A stretch of 63,986 bases of DNA, filler included, from Octopus bimaculoides (taxonomy: Eukaryota), in NCBI RefSeq assembly GCF_001194135.2. It is 5 parts of 4 records of this genome, joined end to end, with 100 filler letters (N's around TTAATTAATTAA, not from the genome) between each part and the next. Parts side by side here need not be neighbours in the genome. Positions count along the whole stretch, not along the records: positions 30,994 to 43,336 come from NC_069007.1; positions 43,437 to 62,814 come from NC_069008.1; 3 more parts are not named here. One strand, written 5' to 3'. Shown piece after piece: positions 41,102 to 54,031 of this stretch. Each line of letters starts with the position of its first letter. Within the stretch, counting starts at the first letter, position 1. Both the position numbers and the translations under genes were made by a program. A model generated the notes under the pieces. It made no database searches, was not told the DNA's origin, and saw nothing but the letters and a program-made list of their open reading frames with translations.

Positions 41102-41573
41102 CTGCAGATGCCCTTAGCTACGGACTCCAACTTAGTTTCAGTGTGATCTCTCCTCCTCCCTCATTTGAAACGCCTATTGTTGTATATGATACACACATAC
41201 ACACACACACACACACATACACGCACATGCACACACATGCACACATAAATACTTACATACATATATATATATATATACATACACACATATTATATACACA
41301 TAGACATATATATGTGTGTGTGCGTTTGTATGTGTGTATATATATATGTACAAGCATATGTATGTATGTATGTATGTATGTAAGTAAGTATATATATATA
41401 TATACTGATAGAAATCAGAAAGCTCCATCAGTTGAAGAGATTGTGGTTGGTGCTGGCAACAAATTTTTGTCCAGCCACAAAGACACAAGTCCCAAACTGA
41501 GAAGATCCCTTCCACGGTAACAAACCTCAAAAACAAAAGGACTACTGAGGGTTGTAATACAAAATCGGGAAAT

Positions 41574-41677
41574 ATGAGAAGGCGTGCACCTTCTCTCCTG
41601 TTCTGGGGATCTGTCTTACTGCTTTACATTGCGGCAACACCAAATCTACCGTTGGCTTCTGAAACAAAATGGCTCAG
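41574..41677 (+). CDS. Probable first coding exon (signal peptide) of the M14A carboxypeptidase
   Basis: MRRRAPSLLFWGSVLLLYIAATPNLPLASETKWL+AG, then GTAAGA donor. Phase 2 matches the phase-2 exon at 60326, giving KWLSYHLLRV. Confidence 0.6.
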
Positions 41678-41872
41678 GTAAGAATTCGGACTAATGAGAG
41701 AATTTTATTGAAATAGTGAAAAATTATTCTGTATTTCCACGTAATTTTTCTGATTAAATTTGCATTTTTATGGCTAAAACACAATTATTTATAGATAATT
41801 AGTACTTATAGATAATTATTATAGTTAGTAAAATTAATTAGTATACCTAATATACAGAAATTCTTATAATAT

Positions 41873-42080
41873 ATACTATTAAACCATGGGAGAGGCATTA
41901 TGCTGGTAATAAACACACATATATATAATATATAAACATACATATATAATAATATATAAATATATATTGTATAATATATACTATTAAACCTTGGGAGAGG
42001 CATTATGACGGTAATAAACACACATATATGTAATATAAACACACACATATATATAATAATATATAAATAATATATATTTT
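41873..42080. repeat. Tandem duplication of about 105-110 bp
   Basis: TATACTATTAAACC.TGGGAGAGGCATTATG..GGTAATAAACACACATAT occurs twice. Confidence 0.85.
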
Positions 42081-43479
42081 TTTATTATAATCACTTGTAT
42101 ACAAGCGATTAAAATAATTAATACACAATAAATTATAATAATTGTAATCTGTAGCAAGGTGGTGAGCTGGTAGAATCATAGCATGCTGGATAAAATGCTT
42201 AGCGGTATTTCGTCTGTCTTTACATTCTGAGTTCAAATTCTGCTGCGGTTGACTTTTTCCTTTCATCTTTTTGAGAGCAATAAAACCTGTTGAGTACTGC
42301 GTCCCCCCTCCCAAAACTGCTGGCTTTGTACCCAAATTTGAAGCCATTATTCATAATCTATCGTGTTATAGTTATATCAATCACAGATGTTAATTATAAT
42401 GAATATTAAATTATTTTAATTATCAAAGAATAATTATCATAATAACAAATATGCAGGAATTATTATAATTAATACACAGTAACTATTATATTACAGTTTT
42501 TATTCATATCATTTATGCAACTTTTATATACAATAAATTTTTATAATAATTAATTACTATAATTTATGTGAAAGATATAATTTTATTACTAATTAATCTG
42601 AGTAATCCACAATTCTTATAGTAATGTAAAGTAATTATTATGACTACTAATATTAATGAGATTGGTCTAAAGCAGTGAAGTGGCAGAATCTTTAGAACAT
42701 GAGGCAACATTTTGTCTGTCTTTATGTTCTGGGTTCAAATTCTGCCAAGGTCGACTTTGCCTTTCATCCTTTCAGGCTCAATAAAATAAGTACCAGTTGA
42801 GTACTGGGGCTGATCTAATTGACTTAGTCTCCTCCCCTGAAATTGCTGGCATTGTGCCAAAATTTGAAACCAATACTAATGAGGTTGACTGGCACATCAA
42901 AACCTTTTTGAGAAAATGGCAACTCAATGCAAGAGTGCCTTCATGGTCAATAGACCTGCTGGAAATACTAGTCAAATCCCTAGTCAAAACTCCTGTGGTT
43001 AAGAAGCTTTCTCTGTAAGTATGTGGTTTCAGGTTCAGTTCCACAGCAAGGCACTTTGGGCAAATGTCTTCTACTGAAACCCTAGGTCAACCAATACCTT
43101 GTCTGTGAATTTGGTTGACAGAAATTGAAAGAAGCCTGTCATACAGGCACTAGAATGACTGTGTGGTAAGTTGCTTGCTTACCAGCCACGTGGTTCCGGG
43201 TTCAGTCCCACTGCGTGGCACCTTGGGCAAGTGTCTTCTACTATAGCCTCAGGCTGACCAAAGCCTTGTGAGTAGATTTGGTAGAGGGAAACTGAAGAAT
43301 CCCATCGTATATATATATATATATATATATATATATNNNNNNNNNNNNNNNNNNNNNNNNNNNNNNNNNNNNNNNNNNNNTTAATTAATTAANNNNNNNN
43401 NNNNNNNNNNNNNNNNNNNNNNNNNNNNNNNNNNNNCCGTCATCATCATCATCATCATTTTTATCGTCATCATAATCAT

Positions 43480-43757
43480 CTTGTTGGCACTCCGTCGCTT
43501 ACGACGTCGAGGGTTCCAGTTGATCCGATCAACGGGACAGCCTGCTCGTGAAATTAACGTGCAAGTGGCTGAGCACTCCACAGACACGTGTACCCTTAAT
43601 GTAGTTCTCGGGGATATTCAGTATGACACAGAGAGTTACAAGGCTGACCCTTTGAATTACAGGCACAACAGAAACAGGAAGTAAGAGTGAGAGAAAGTTG
43701 TGGTGAAAGAGTACAGCAGGGTTCACCACCATCCCCTGCCGGAGCCTCGTGGAGCTT
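43480..43757 (-). mobile_element. SINE family C, 3' part
   Basis: Near-identical to 12815-13090. Confidence 0.85.
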
Positions 43758-43977
43758 TCAATACTTGATGAACCCCTATACAATTATACATGTGTGTGTG
43801 AAGCATAATACATGACATGCCAAACAAGCTTGTCCAACTTCTGTCCTATTGGAGTATGAAACTTATAATAGCTCATATTTAAATCTAATTTTTATTAAAT
43901 AATATTTATCTCTTGTTCGATGGGTTATGCTTTCCATTGATTCTATCAATAATGAAACAATTGTACACTATGTATAA

Positions 43978-44008
<31 letters not shown>

Positions 44009-44035
44009 GTGTTTGTATGTATAATCTCTACTTAC

Positions 44036-44120
44036 AAAGGACATCAGGAGGTGTGCCCACAAAATATCTGTTTCCACTTTCTTCGTAAATTGCTTCTTTA
44101 ACTTTTCCTGCCACTTCTAT
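44036..44120 (-). CDS. M14A carboxypeptidase exon IEVAGKVKEAIYEESGNRYFVGTPPDVL+T
   Basis: TTGTATTTTAG acceptor, GTAAGT donor, 85 nt, phase 0 to 1. Homologous to the segment preceding Tyr248. Confidence 0.9.
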
Positions 44121-44568
44121 CTAAAATACAAGAAAAAAAGAACAAAAATAATACAAACGCCACCTGCAGTCACATTAGCAATGTCTTTTACTTTGAAAAT
44201 CCCTTCTGTTTCTTATTCTATCAAAGCCAAGGATTTCAATCAACATATTCCAAAACTGTACAAAACTCTCGTGCTGTATACATTAAGCTTACAAATAAAC
44301 ATCTTTCACATACACCTGAAGTTTTCATATCATTTTAGTTTAGTACCTATAACATAGCTTAGTATACTTATAACACCGTCATCATCATTTAATGTTCGTT
44401 TTTTTTATGCTGGTATGGGTTGGACAGCTTGACAGGAGCTGGCAAGCCAGAGAACTGCACCAGGCTCAACTGTCAGTTTTGGCATGGTTTCTACAGCTGG
44501 ATGCCCTTCCTGATGGCAACCCCCTTTACAGAGTGAACTGGGCACCAACTCTGACAAGGTTACATAAT

Positions 44569-44601
<33 letters not shown>

Positions 44602-44653
44602 TTGCAGATATATATGTAAACCTTTGGATCATTAAAACGTCTAAGATACTTAC

Positions 44654-44848
44654 CAGGTGTTTGATGTTTTCTGGCTTCTTACTTTTACATGCATAAGGAG
44701 CAAGTATATATTGGGAGTAAGAATGTATAGAGAAGTATGCTAATTTATTGCGGGTGGATCGAACGAGTTTCGAAAGTGCTTTGGTTTCGGATTCAGAGAA
44801 AGCCATTCGACCATGATATGCACGATTGCATGGATCTCCACTGGATCC
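44654..44848 (-). CDS. M14A carboxypeptidase exon GSSGDPC..AFSESET..IHSYSQ..KHL (acceptor hidden in the N gap)
   Basis: Contains Cys161, the FSE.ET motif and zinc ligand His196 (HSYSQ). GTAAGT donor. Confidence 0.95.
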
Positions 44849-47800
44849 NNNNNNNNNNNNNNNNNNNNNNNNNNNNNNNNNNNNNNNNNNNNNNNNNNNN
44901 NNNNNNNNNNNNNNNNNNNNNNNNNNNNNNNNNNNNNNNNNNNNNNNNNNNNNNNNNNNNNNNNNNNNNNNNNNNNNNNNNNNNNNNNNNNNNNNNNNNN
45001 NNNNNNNNNNNNNNNNNNNNNNNNNNNNNNNNNNNNNNNNNNNNNNNNNNNNNNNNNNNNNNNNNNNNNNNNNNNNNNNNNNNNNNNNNNNNNNNNNNNN
45101 NNNNNNNNNNNNNNNNNNNNNNNNNNNNNNNNNNNNNNNNNNNNNNNNNNNNNNNNNNNNNNNNNNNNNNNNNNNNNNNNNNNNNNNNNNNNNNNNNNNN
45201 NNNNNNNNNNNNNNNNNNNNNNNNNNNNNNNNNNNNNCTGTTACGTTCTGAGTTCAAATTCCGCTGAGGTCGACTTTGCCTTTCATCCTTTCGGGGTCCG
45301 ATTAAATAAGTACCAGTTACGCACTGTCGTCGATGTAATCGACTTAATCCCTTTGTCTGTCCTTGTTTGTTCCCTTTGTGTTTAGCCCCCTGTGGGCAAT
45401 AAAGAAATATTGGAAAACAGTTTATAGCAGAGACTCCAGCTAAGAAGATCTGAAGAAGGAATTGTAATTCTGAAATATCAACGGACTATAAATAACCAAA
45501 TTACAACAGGTATATAGTCCATTTTTTGTTCTATAGTGCATTGTTGTACCATTCTAAACTTTTTATTCTTTACAAACAATACACAATGCTTCAAGCGAAC
45601 TACAATACTCTCCTAAAGAAATATGTGTGTGTCTGTGTGTGTGTGTATATATGTGTATGTGTACGTACATGAATATATATATATATATATATATATCGTT
45701 TGTAGAAAACATAACCCCGAAAGAAGCACACTCCAAGATGTAGTATGTATTAAAAATGGGGGGAAGGCTGGTTTATGGAATTACTTTAGGTTTCCCGTTC
45801 ATCTCGTCGGATTCCAAACATCTGTTGACCCATGACCTCTTCAAAATATGGAGTGGGGAGGGTAATACCTCACTACACAAAGGTAACAATTGGAGATTAT
45901 CTCCCTTCGCTATTGGCTATCGACTTCCGTTTGTGCCGCCGCCATCGATTGGGGTCCAAAACGCCAGAATTGACTATGTCTGAGACGGCTTGCCTTCGGT
46001 GTCATTGATGGCAGAATTAACTGTTGGTCAAGGTGGGGAGCTGGCAGAAATGTTAGCACACCGGGCGAAATGCTTAGCGGTGTCCCGTCTCTGTGAGTTT
46101 GGAGTATTATTGCTGAAGTACATCTGTATAGTAAGTGTAGTTTCTGTTTTGTTGCCTGTTGTATTTGCTGTTTAAATTTGTTTAACAGTTTTCGTTCTAA
46201 AACTATTGTGTGGGGGAACATTAATTGCCAGCAAAATGCCAAGAAGTTTGTCTTCGTCCGACGAGGATTCGACAGATTTAGAGGCCAAAAAAAGTTTTTA
46301 AAAATATTGTTGAAAGATGTTTCAGATTCGTCTGACAATGAATTCCCATTATTGTCGAGGACTCCCGTTCGCAAGGAGGAACATCGAGGTGAACAGCCTT
46401 CAAACGGAGAAAGGCAAACAGAAAAGAAGTTTTGCGTCTGCAGCTGGAGATAGAACTCGCCAACTGTCGACGAATAGACGTGATTTGTTGATGTACAANN
46501 NNNNNNNNNNNNNNNNNNNNNNNNNNNNNNNNNNNNNNNNNNNNNNNNNNNNNNNNNNNNNNNNNNNNNNNNNNNNNNNNNNNNNNNNNNNNNNNNNNNN
46601 NNNNNNNNNNNNNNNNNNNNNNNNNNNNNNNNNNNNNNNNNNNNNNNNNNNNNNNNNNNNNNNNNNNNNNNNNNNNNNNNNNNNNNNNNNNNNNNNNNNN
46701 NNNNNNNNNNNNNNNNNNNNNNNNNNNNNNNNNNNNNNNNNNNNNNNNNNNNNNNNNNNNNNNNNNNNNNNNNNNNNNNNNNNNNNNNNNNNNNNNNNNN
46801 NNNNNNNNNNNNNNNNNNNNNNNNNNNNNNNNNNNNNNNNNNNNNNNNNNNNNNNNNNNNNNNNNNNNNNNNNNNNNNNNNNNNNNNNNNNNNNNNNNNN
46901 NNNNNNNNNNNNNNNNNNNNNNNNNNNNNNNNNNNNNNNNNNNNNNNNNNNNNNNNNNNNNNNNNNNNNNNNNNNNNNNNNNNNNNNNNNNNNNNNNNNN
47001 NNNNNNNNNNNNNNNNNNNNNNNNNNNNNNNNNNNNNNNNNNNNNNNNNNNNNNNNNNNNNNNNNNNNNNNNNNNNNNNNNNNNNNNNNNNNNNNNNNNN
47101 NNNNNNNNNNNNNNNNNNNNNNNNNNNNNNNNNNNNNNNNNNNNNNNNNNNNNNNNNNNNNNNNNNNNNNNNNNNNNNNNNNNNNNNNNNNNNNNNNNNN
47201 NNNNNNNNNNNNNNNNNNNNNNNNNNNNNNNNNNNNNNNNNNNNNNNNNNNNNNNNNNNNNNNNNNNNNNNNNNNNNNNNNNNNNNNNNNNNNNNNNNNN
47301 NNNNNNNNNNNNNNNNNNNNNNNNNNNNNNNNNNNNNNNNNNNNNNNNNNNNNNNNNNNNNNNNNNNNNNNNNNNNNNNNNNNNNNNNNNNNNNNNNNNN
47401 NNNNNNNNNNNNNNNNNNNNNNNNNNNNNNTGCTGAACATTTGTTGTCCGGCGAATGAAGAGTACAGCTGTCGACTGAGTCAGTTATAAAAATTGACCCA
47501 CCGGGAGTTTTAACAAACGAAGGTAAGAATTGTTTTATGGAAGACTAGGATAAAAGGAATTAAAACAGGCAACTTTATCTCTGGCCACAATTTACGATCA
47601 TTTTTTTCACTTTTCATTTGAAAAGGAAGGTGTGGCTGGAGAAGAGATGTCTGTCTGAGTATTCGTTCCAAAAGAGATAGAAGTATGTTGCACGAGTGTT
47701 GTGCGTGCAAGGAACCGTGTGAATAGACGGAGAAAAAAAAAGTGCCAGCGATAGATCGGGGCTTGTGGGGGTCAGAGCGTGGCCTGATCATCGCTTCATT

Positions 47801-47959
47801 TGTATTGTCCCTGTATTGTTAATTTCTTTCGATTTTTTAAAGTATACTTTATTAAATTTTTAAAAGTCATATTTTATGTAAAACCATACTGATTTACTGA
47901 TCCAATCAGTTGTTCTGTCCATTTCTATGTTTAGCCCCCGGTGGGCAATAAATAAATGG

Positions 47960-48362
47960 GTATTTCGTCTGCCGTTACGTTCTGAGTTCAAATTCCACTG
48001 AGGTCGACTTTGCCTTTCATCCTTTCAGGGTCGATTAAATAAGTATCAGTTTTGCACTGGGGTCGATGTAATCGACTTGATCTCTTTGTCTGTCCTTGTT
48101 TGTTCCCTCTGCGTGTAGCCCCTTGTGGACAGTAAAGAAATAATAAACATTAGCACGCCGGGCGAAATGCTTAGCGGTATTTCGTCTGCCGTTACGTTCT
48201 GAGTTCAAATTCCGCCGATGGCGAACTTTGCCTTTCATCCTTTCAGGGTCGATTGAATAAGTACCAGTTACTCACTGGGATCGATATAATCGACTTAATC
48301 CGTTTGTCTGTCCTTGTTTGTCCCCTCTGCGTGTAGCCCCTTGTGGGCAGTAAAGAAATAAG
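47960..48362 (+). mobile_element. Two head-to-tail SINE family B copies
   Basis: Body and AAAGAAATA tail occur twice in tandem. Confidence 0.85.
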
Positions 48363-49290
48363 AATTGACTGTCAGTGTGCAAAGAAGTGACTACAAATGT
48401 GTGACGTGTCATCAGTCACGATGACAAGGGTTCCAGTTGATTGGATCAACAGCAGAACAACCTACTCAGAGACGTGGACCTTTAATGTAGTTTTCAGGGA
48501 GATTCAGTATGACACAGAATGTGACAAGGGTAGCCCTTTGAATTACTAGTACAACTCGCTGGAGCGAGGTGAAATAAAGCGTCTTGCTCAAGGGCACCAC
48601 ACTCTCACGATCCTGAATCTAATACCGTAACCACTGAGTTATGCCCCCTTCACTAATCATTACAACCACAACTGGCTGAGTGGAAGCCATTGTACAAACT
48701 TACCATTCTTGTGGCTAATTAAAAAAACATTATTTATGGTTGTGAGCTGGCAGAAACATTGCAGCAGTTTTTATTGCAGTTCTTTACGTTCTGAGTTCAA
48801 ATCTAGCTGCAGTTGACTTTATCATTGGGGTTGATAAAATAAAGTGCCAGTCGAATATTTACATCAACTAACTACCACCTCCATCGAAACTTTTAGCCTT
48901 GTCCCTATATCAGAAATCGTAATCATTATTGATGTTATTATTGTCTTCGTCACCACCATCGTTATTATTTATTATTATTATTGATTAATATTTGCAATAG
49001 TTATTAGGCAATATCTGGATGACGATGATTCTAAATCTAATGGACTTTAGTCTTGGTTTGTGAACAAAAAGTAGAACATTATGATTAAAATATATACTTC
49101 TAGGCTTCACTAATTGTTCTTAAGAGTGCAAAGCATACACTTACATCCAGTGTTCTTTAACCACATACCAACTCCTGTAACGATATTAGTAACCCCCAGC
49201 ACAATAAGTAGGGGCCTATACATTGTTCTCAGTCTGCTAGAAATACCAGCCAAATCTCCTTCAAATCACATCAGATCTCATATTTACTGT

Positions 49291-49329
<39 letters not shown>

Positions 49330-50021
49330 TAAACAAGAGTTTTGATGCTAATATCCATTCATATTAAAGTTTATTACCTTTTAACTTTATACAGAAATGT
49401 TGACATAGGTAATAAACNNNNNNNNNNNNNNNNNNNNNNNNNNNNNNNNNNNNNNNNNNNNNNNNNNNNNNNNNNNNNNNNNNNNNNNNNNNNNNNNNNN
49501 NNNNNNNNNNNNNNNNNNNNNNNNNNNNNNNNNNNNNNNNNNNNNNNNNNNNNNNNNNNNNNNNNNNNNNNNNNNNNNNNNNNNNNNNNNNNNNNNNNNN
49601 NNNNNNNNNNNNNNNNNNNNNNNNNNNNNNNNNNNNNNNNNNNNNNNNNNNNNNNNNNNNNNNNNNNNNNNNNNNNNNNNNNNNNNNNNNNNNNNNNNNN
49701 NNNNNNNNNNNNNNNNNNNNNNNNNNNNNNNNNNNNNNNNNNNNNNNNNNNNNNNNNNNNNNNNNNNNNNNNNNNNNNNNNNNNNNNNNNNNNNNNNNNN
49801 NNNNNNNNNNNNNNNNNNNNNNNNNNNNNNNNNNNNNNNNNNNNNNNNNNNNNNNNNNNNNNNNNNNNNNNNNNNNNNNNNNNNNNNNNNNNNNNNNNNN
49901 NNNNNNNNNNNNNNNNNNNNNNNNNNNNNNNNNNNNNNNNNNNNNNNNNNNNNNNNNNNNNNNNNNNNNNNNNNNNNNNNNNNNNNNNNNNNNNNNNNNN
50001 NNNNNNNNNNNNNNNNNNNNN

Positions 50022-50062
<41 letters not shown>

Positions 50063-51069
50063 TGCAGACATGACTGTGTGATACGAAGCTTTCTTCCCAA
50101 CCATGTTTCCAAATTCAGTCCCACTGCATGGCATGTTGAGCAATTGTCTTCTACTATAGCCTTGGACTAGCCAAGACCTTGTGAGTGGGTTTGGTTGACG
50201 GAAACTGAAAGTAAGTCCTGAGGTCGTCAAGGCAGTGCTCTAGCATGGCCACAGTCAAATGACTGAAGCAAGTAAAAGAATAAAAGAATATATATATACA
50301 TATATATATATATAGGAGACACATGACATGTGATCTTCTTCTAGCGCATGACCAGTCCACCTACTTGTCTCCTGTATATATACTCGTATATATCTTTATA
50401 TAGACATATACAATAATCCTTGAAATCTCAGATATTTTTTCTGAATCTCCCTGATTCTTTTAATGTACTAGTTACCTGGTATTAAATTGATATTGATTAA
50501 CATCCAATTTTTTACCCCATTGTTTAATTTATATATATAGAGAGAGAGATAGATNNNNNNNNNNNNNNNNNNNNNNNNNNNNNNNNNNNNNNNNNNNNNN
50601 NNNNNNNNNNNNNNNNNNNNNNNNNNNNNNNNNNNNNNNNNNNNNNNNNNNNNNNNNNNNNNNNNNNNNNNNNNNNNNNNNNNNNNNNNNNNNNNNNNNN
50701 NNNNNNNNNNNNNNNNNNNNNNNNNNNNNNNNNNNNNNNNNNNNNNNNNNNNNNNNNNNNNNNNNNNNNNNNNNNNNNNNNNNNNNNNNNNNNNNNNNNN
50801 NNNNNNNNNNNNNNNNNNNNNNNNNNNNNNNNNTATATATATATATGCATGCCTGTATATATCTATCTCTCTCTGATCAATTTATCCTTAGAGAAGAGTA
50901 TGTGGTATAGTTCCACCGTACAGAGCGAACAATACTTTCTTCCTCTCTCATATGGCATTGATCTAGCTATTATAGACCATTCTAATGAATACTGTTTATT
51001 ACTTTCCTTAAGACCCCAATTTGAAGTCTCTGTCTCTTTTGAATATGAAAATTTAAAAGTTTAAAAACC

Positions 51070-51100
<31 letters not shown>

Positions 51101-51561
51101 TATTTTTGGTATGTTGCCAACTTAATGTGGCAGTCCCATGAAAGGGAAGAATGCTACAGTTATTTAGCCTTAGGAAACACCGTTTCCTAAGCATTCTGGC
51201 ATCTTTTCATCACCATATTTATCTGTATTTGAGCAAGCTACACTTCAGCCTCCTCCATCAACCCATGTAAAATACAGGTTATCCATGAATCTTTTCCCCA
51301 AAGCAGTAAACCTGTTTCTGCTCCTTCCACCTTCTACATTGACCCCTCGGCATTTTCCTTAAAGTGTTCACTTTATCACTGATCCTTCATCTCAGATGAG
51401 GTTACTCTTAGTCACACAGGTTACATGGTGACCCCATTAGCACTGTAAACACAAAGCATGGTAAATAATTGCATCATGATGCTGGTGGTGGTGGTGGTAG
51501 TGATAGGTAGAAAGACATGGACAAATAGAGAGATAGACAGATTGACAGGAAGATACATTAC

Positions 51562-51658
51562 CTTTTCCCCACTCAGCATTGAAATTCCTGTTCAAGTCTA
51601 CGCCGACACAGCGAGTACCACTAGTATCTCTCTTCATATTCTTCTTCCACAGTCTATC
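51562..51658 (-). CDS. M14A carboxypeptidase exon DRLWKKNMKRDTSGTRCVGVDLNRNFNAEWGK+G
   Basis: TTCAG acceptor, GTAATG donor, 97 nt. Contains Cys138 and Asn144-Arg145 (DLNRNF). Confidence 0.95.
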
Positions 51659-51827
51659 CTGAATATAAATATAAATATATATATATATAAGTTCATTCAA
51701 TACAAGGAAAAACAATTTCCTTCGAAGAGATGGAAAAACATCTAATTTTCCACTGGTTTTGCAGTAAATACCCAATATGGTAGAGAAACAATTTGTAGGA
51801 TTAATATTTGTATTTCTATTCATATTG

Positions 51828-52076
51828 TGGAGGCGTGTGGCTCAGTGGTTAGGGTGTCAGCACCATGATCGTAAGATTGTTGTTTCGATTCCTGGACCGG
51901 GCGACGCGTTGTGTTCTTGAGCAAAATACTTCATTTCACGTTGCTCCAGTCCACTCAGCTGGCAAAAATGAGTAACGCTGCGATGGACTGGCATCCCGTC
52001 CAGCTGGGAGGAACACATACACCATAGAAACTGGGAAAATGGGCCCATGAGCCTGGCTAGGCTTTAAAAGGGCACA
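51828..52076 (+). mobile_element. SINE family D (tRNA-derived)
   Basis: TGGCTCAGTGGTTAGG A-box and GTTTCGATTCC B-box. Inverted copy at 57263-57520. Confidence 0.85.
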
Positions 52077-52404
52077 AAAAAAAAATTTCTATTCATATTA
52101 TATTATATTATATTCATTGTAATATATTATGTTAATTAATTATATTTAAAATATGTCAATCGTAAATCTCCATTAAGGCTTCCCTTCCACCCACGCCATG
52201 TTAAGTTAATTCATCTTTGTATTTGTAATTGTGTACCATTTCTCCATTTTTTCCATCCTTGTCAATGTATACATTTGTTTGCTTTCTTCCAAGGAAGCTC
52301 TTAGCTTAGATTTTCCTTGGGGGTGGCCAGATCGGAGCAGTCTCGAGTGTAACCAGCTGAAAGATAATCTGGAACTCAACTGAGGATAGAAAGCTCCAAA
52401 TGAC

Positions 52405-52485
52405 CCGTCCCTTTTTGTATCATCCCTTTTTGTGTCATCCCTTTTTGTATCATCCCTTTTTGTGTCATCCCTTTTTGTATCATCT
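52405..52485. repeat. 15-bp minisatellite CATCCCTTTTTGT(A/G)T, five units
   Basis: Directly visible; A and G variants alternate. Confidence 0.9.
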
Positions 52486-52667
52486 AACTCTGTCCAGATG
52501 TTCCATTTTTTGTTTTCTTTATATATATATAGGCGTAGGAGTGGCTGTGTGGTAAGTAGCTTGCTTACCAACCACATGGTTCCAGGTTCAGTCCCACTGT
52601 GTGGCACCTTGGGCAAGTCTCTTCTACTATAGCCTTGGGCCAACCAAAGCCTTGTGCTATAGTGCTA

Positions 52668-52743
<76 letters not shown>

Positions 52744-52887
52744 ATTGTTGAGACCTTTGTTCAGTACTGCTTCTTCAGAGCTTTCTAGGTGTCGGTGGTA
52801 GTAGTAGTGGTGGTGGAGGTGGTGGTGGTGGTGGTATTAGTAGTAGTAGTTGTGGTAGTAAATAGAGCATGAGTGAAAGAGGCATAC

Positions 52888-52998
52888 TTGCGAATACGTC
52901 ACAGCATAACCATCAGGATTTACAACAGGAATGAACAGCCAATCAAAATTGTTCAATATCGTCTGGATATCGCGATCAGTTTTGTATTTAGTTGCCAT
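52888..52998 (-). CDS. M14A carboxypeptidase exon MATKYKTDRDIQTILNNFDWLFIPVVNPDGYAVTYSQ
   Basis: TCTTTACAG acceptor, GTATGC donor, 111 nt, phase 0/0. P.VNPDGY motif. Confidence 0.95.
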
Positions 52999-53189
52999 CT
53001 GTAAAGAAGATATAAAGAAACAATATATGTAAAGTGCAGTAGTATGTGTGCATATAAGTGTGTTTCCAGCTCAGAATTTCTGGAACTCCAATTGACACTG
53101 GCATATACTTATTCTCGAATCCCCATATACTGCATTAAAATTCCTCGCACTTTCTGTGGTGAGATTGCATTTATATATGTATGTGTATA

Positions 53190-53231
<42 letters not shown>

Positions 53232-53418
53232 TATTTTATTAATGCAGTGCAGTATAATTTTCTTGATGTACAGTAGATGTTTAGAATTCCATCCTTTTTG
53301 TTATACTTCAAAAGACTTTGAAGACAACAGCCCAAACACGAGAGTAGACAAACGTCTGAAACCAACAAAGGTATCAGAGAATGAGAAAGGAATCAGTTTA
53401 AAGGGATTAATATCTTAC

Positions 53419-53517
53419 GTGTTCAATGACTTTCAGGGTGGATGCAATAGCGATCCAATCGCGGCCATGTATTCCTGTTTCAACAATGATTGTCTTCCTT
53501 CCGGGGCCGACAGAAAA
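53419..53517 (-). CDS. M14A carboxypeptidase exon FSVGPGRKTIIVETGIHGRDWIAIASTLKVIEH
   Basis: TTTCAAACAG acceptor, GTAAGA donor, 99 nt. GIHGRDW corresponds to GIHAREW. Confidence 0.92.
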
Positions 53518-53725
53518 CTGTTTGAAATAGAAAACGCAGATTAGCAAAGGTTTATAATATGGCAAATTGTTGTATAAGAGCTGTAGTTAAGTACTGATGT
53601 GTGGTGGTGTGGTTTTGTGTAGTGTTGTAATGTGAAAGCTGTGTCATTTTTGATGTAGTTGCATATGGTGATATGATAGTATATTCTACTGCAGTTGTGT
53701 TGAAAATATAGTTAATATATATATA

Positions 53726-53826
53726 GCTACGGCGGTACGTATTCTAAAATTGAAATGATACAGAGAAGATTAGCATGGCCCCTGCGTAAGGATGACACGC
53801 AAATTCGTGAAGCATTCCATATTTCT
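53726..53826 (+). pseudogene. U6: U6 snRNA pseudogene, nearly full length
   Basis: ACAGAGAAGATTAGCATGGCCCCTGCGTAAGGATGACACGCAAATTCGTGAAGCATTCCATATTT is almost identical to U6. First few bases are missing and the 5' stem is diverged. Confidence 0.93.
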
Positions 53827-53991
53827 AGGTGCAGGAGTGGCTGTGTGGTAAGTAGCTCGCTTTCCAACCACATGGTTCCGGGTTCAGTCCCACTGCAAGT
53901 ATCTTGGGCAAGTATCTTCTACTATAGCCTTGGGCAGACCAAAGCCTTGTGAGTGGATTTGGTAGACAGAAACTGAAAGAAGCCCGTCGTA

Positions 53992-54031
<40 letters not shown>

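Noticed and set aside
43760-44035. Search for the final carboxypeptidase exon (Tyr248-Glu270)
   Set aside because: No matching frame before the block ends; the exon is absent from the window.
46200-47800. Possible DNA-transposon coding remnant flanking a large gap
   Set aside because: No diagnostic transposase motif visible.
52206-52643. ORF with DDTKR repeats
   Set aside because: Product of a 15-bp minisatellite plus a SINE in an intron.
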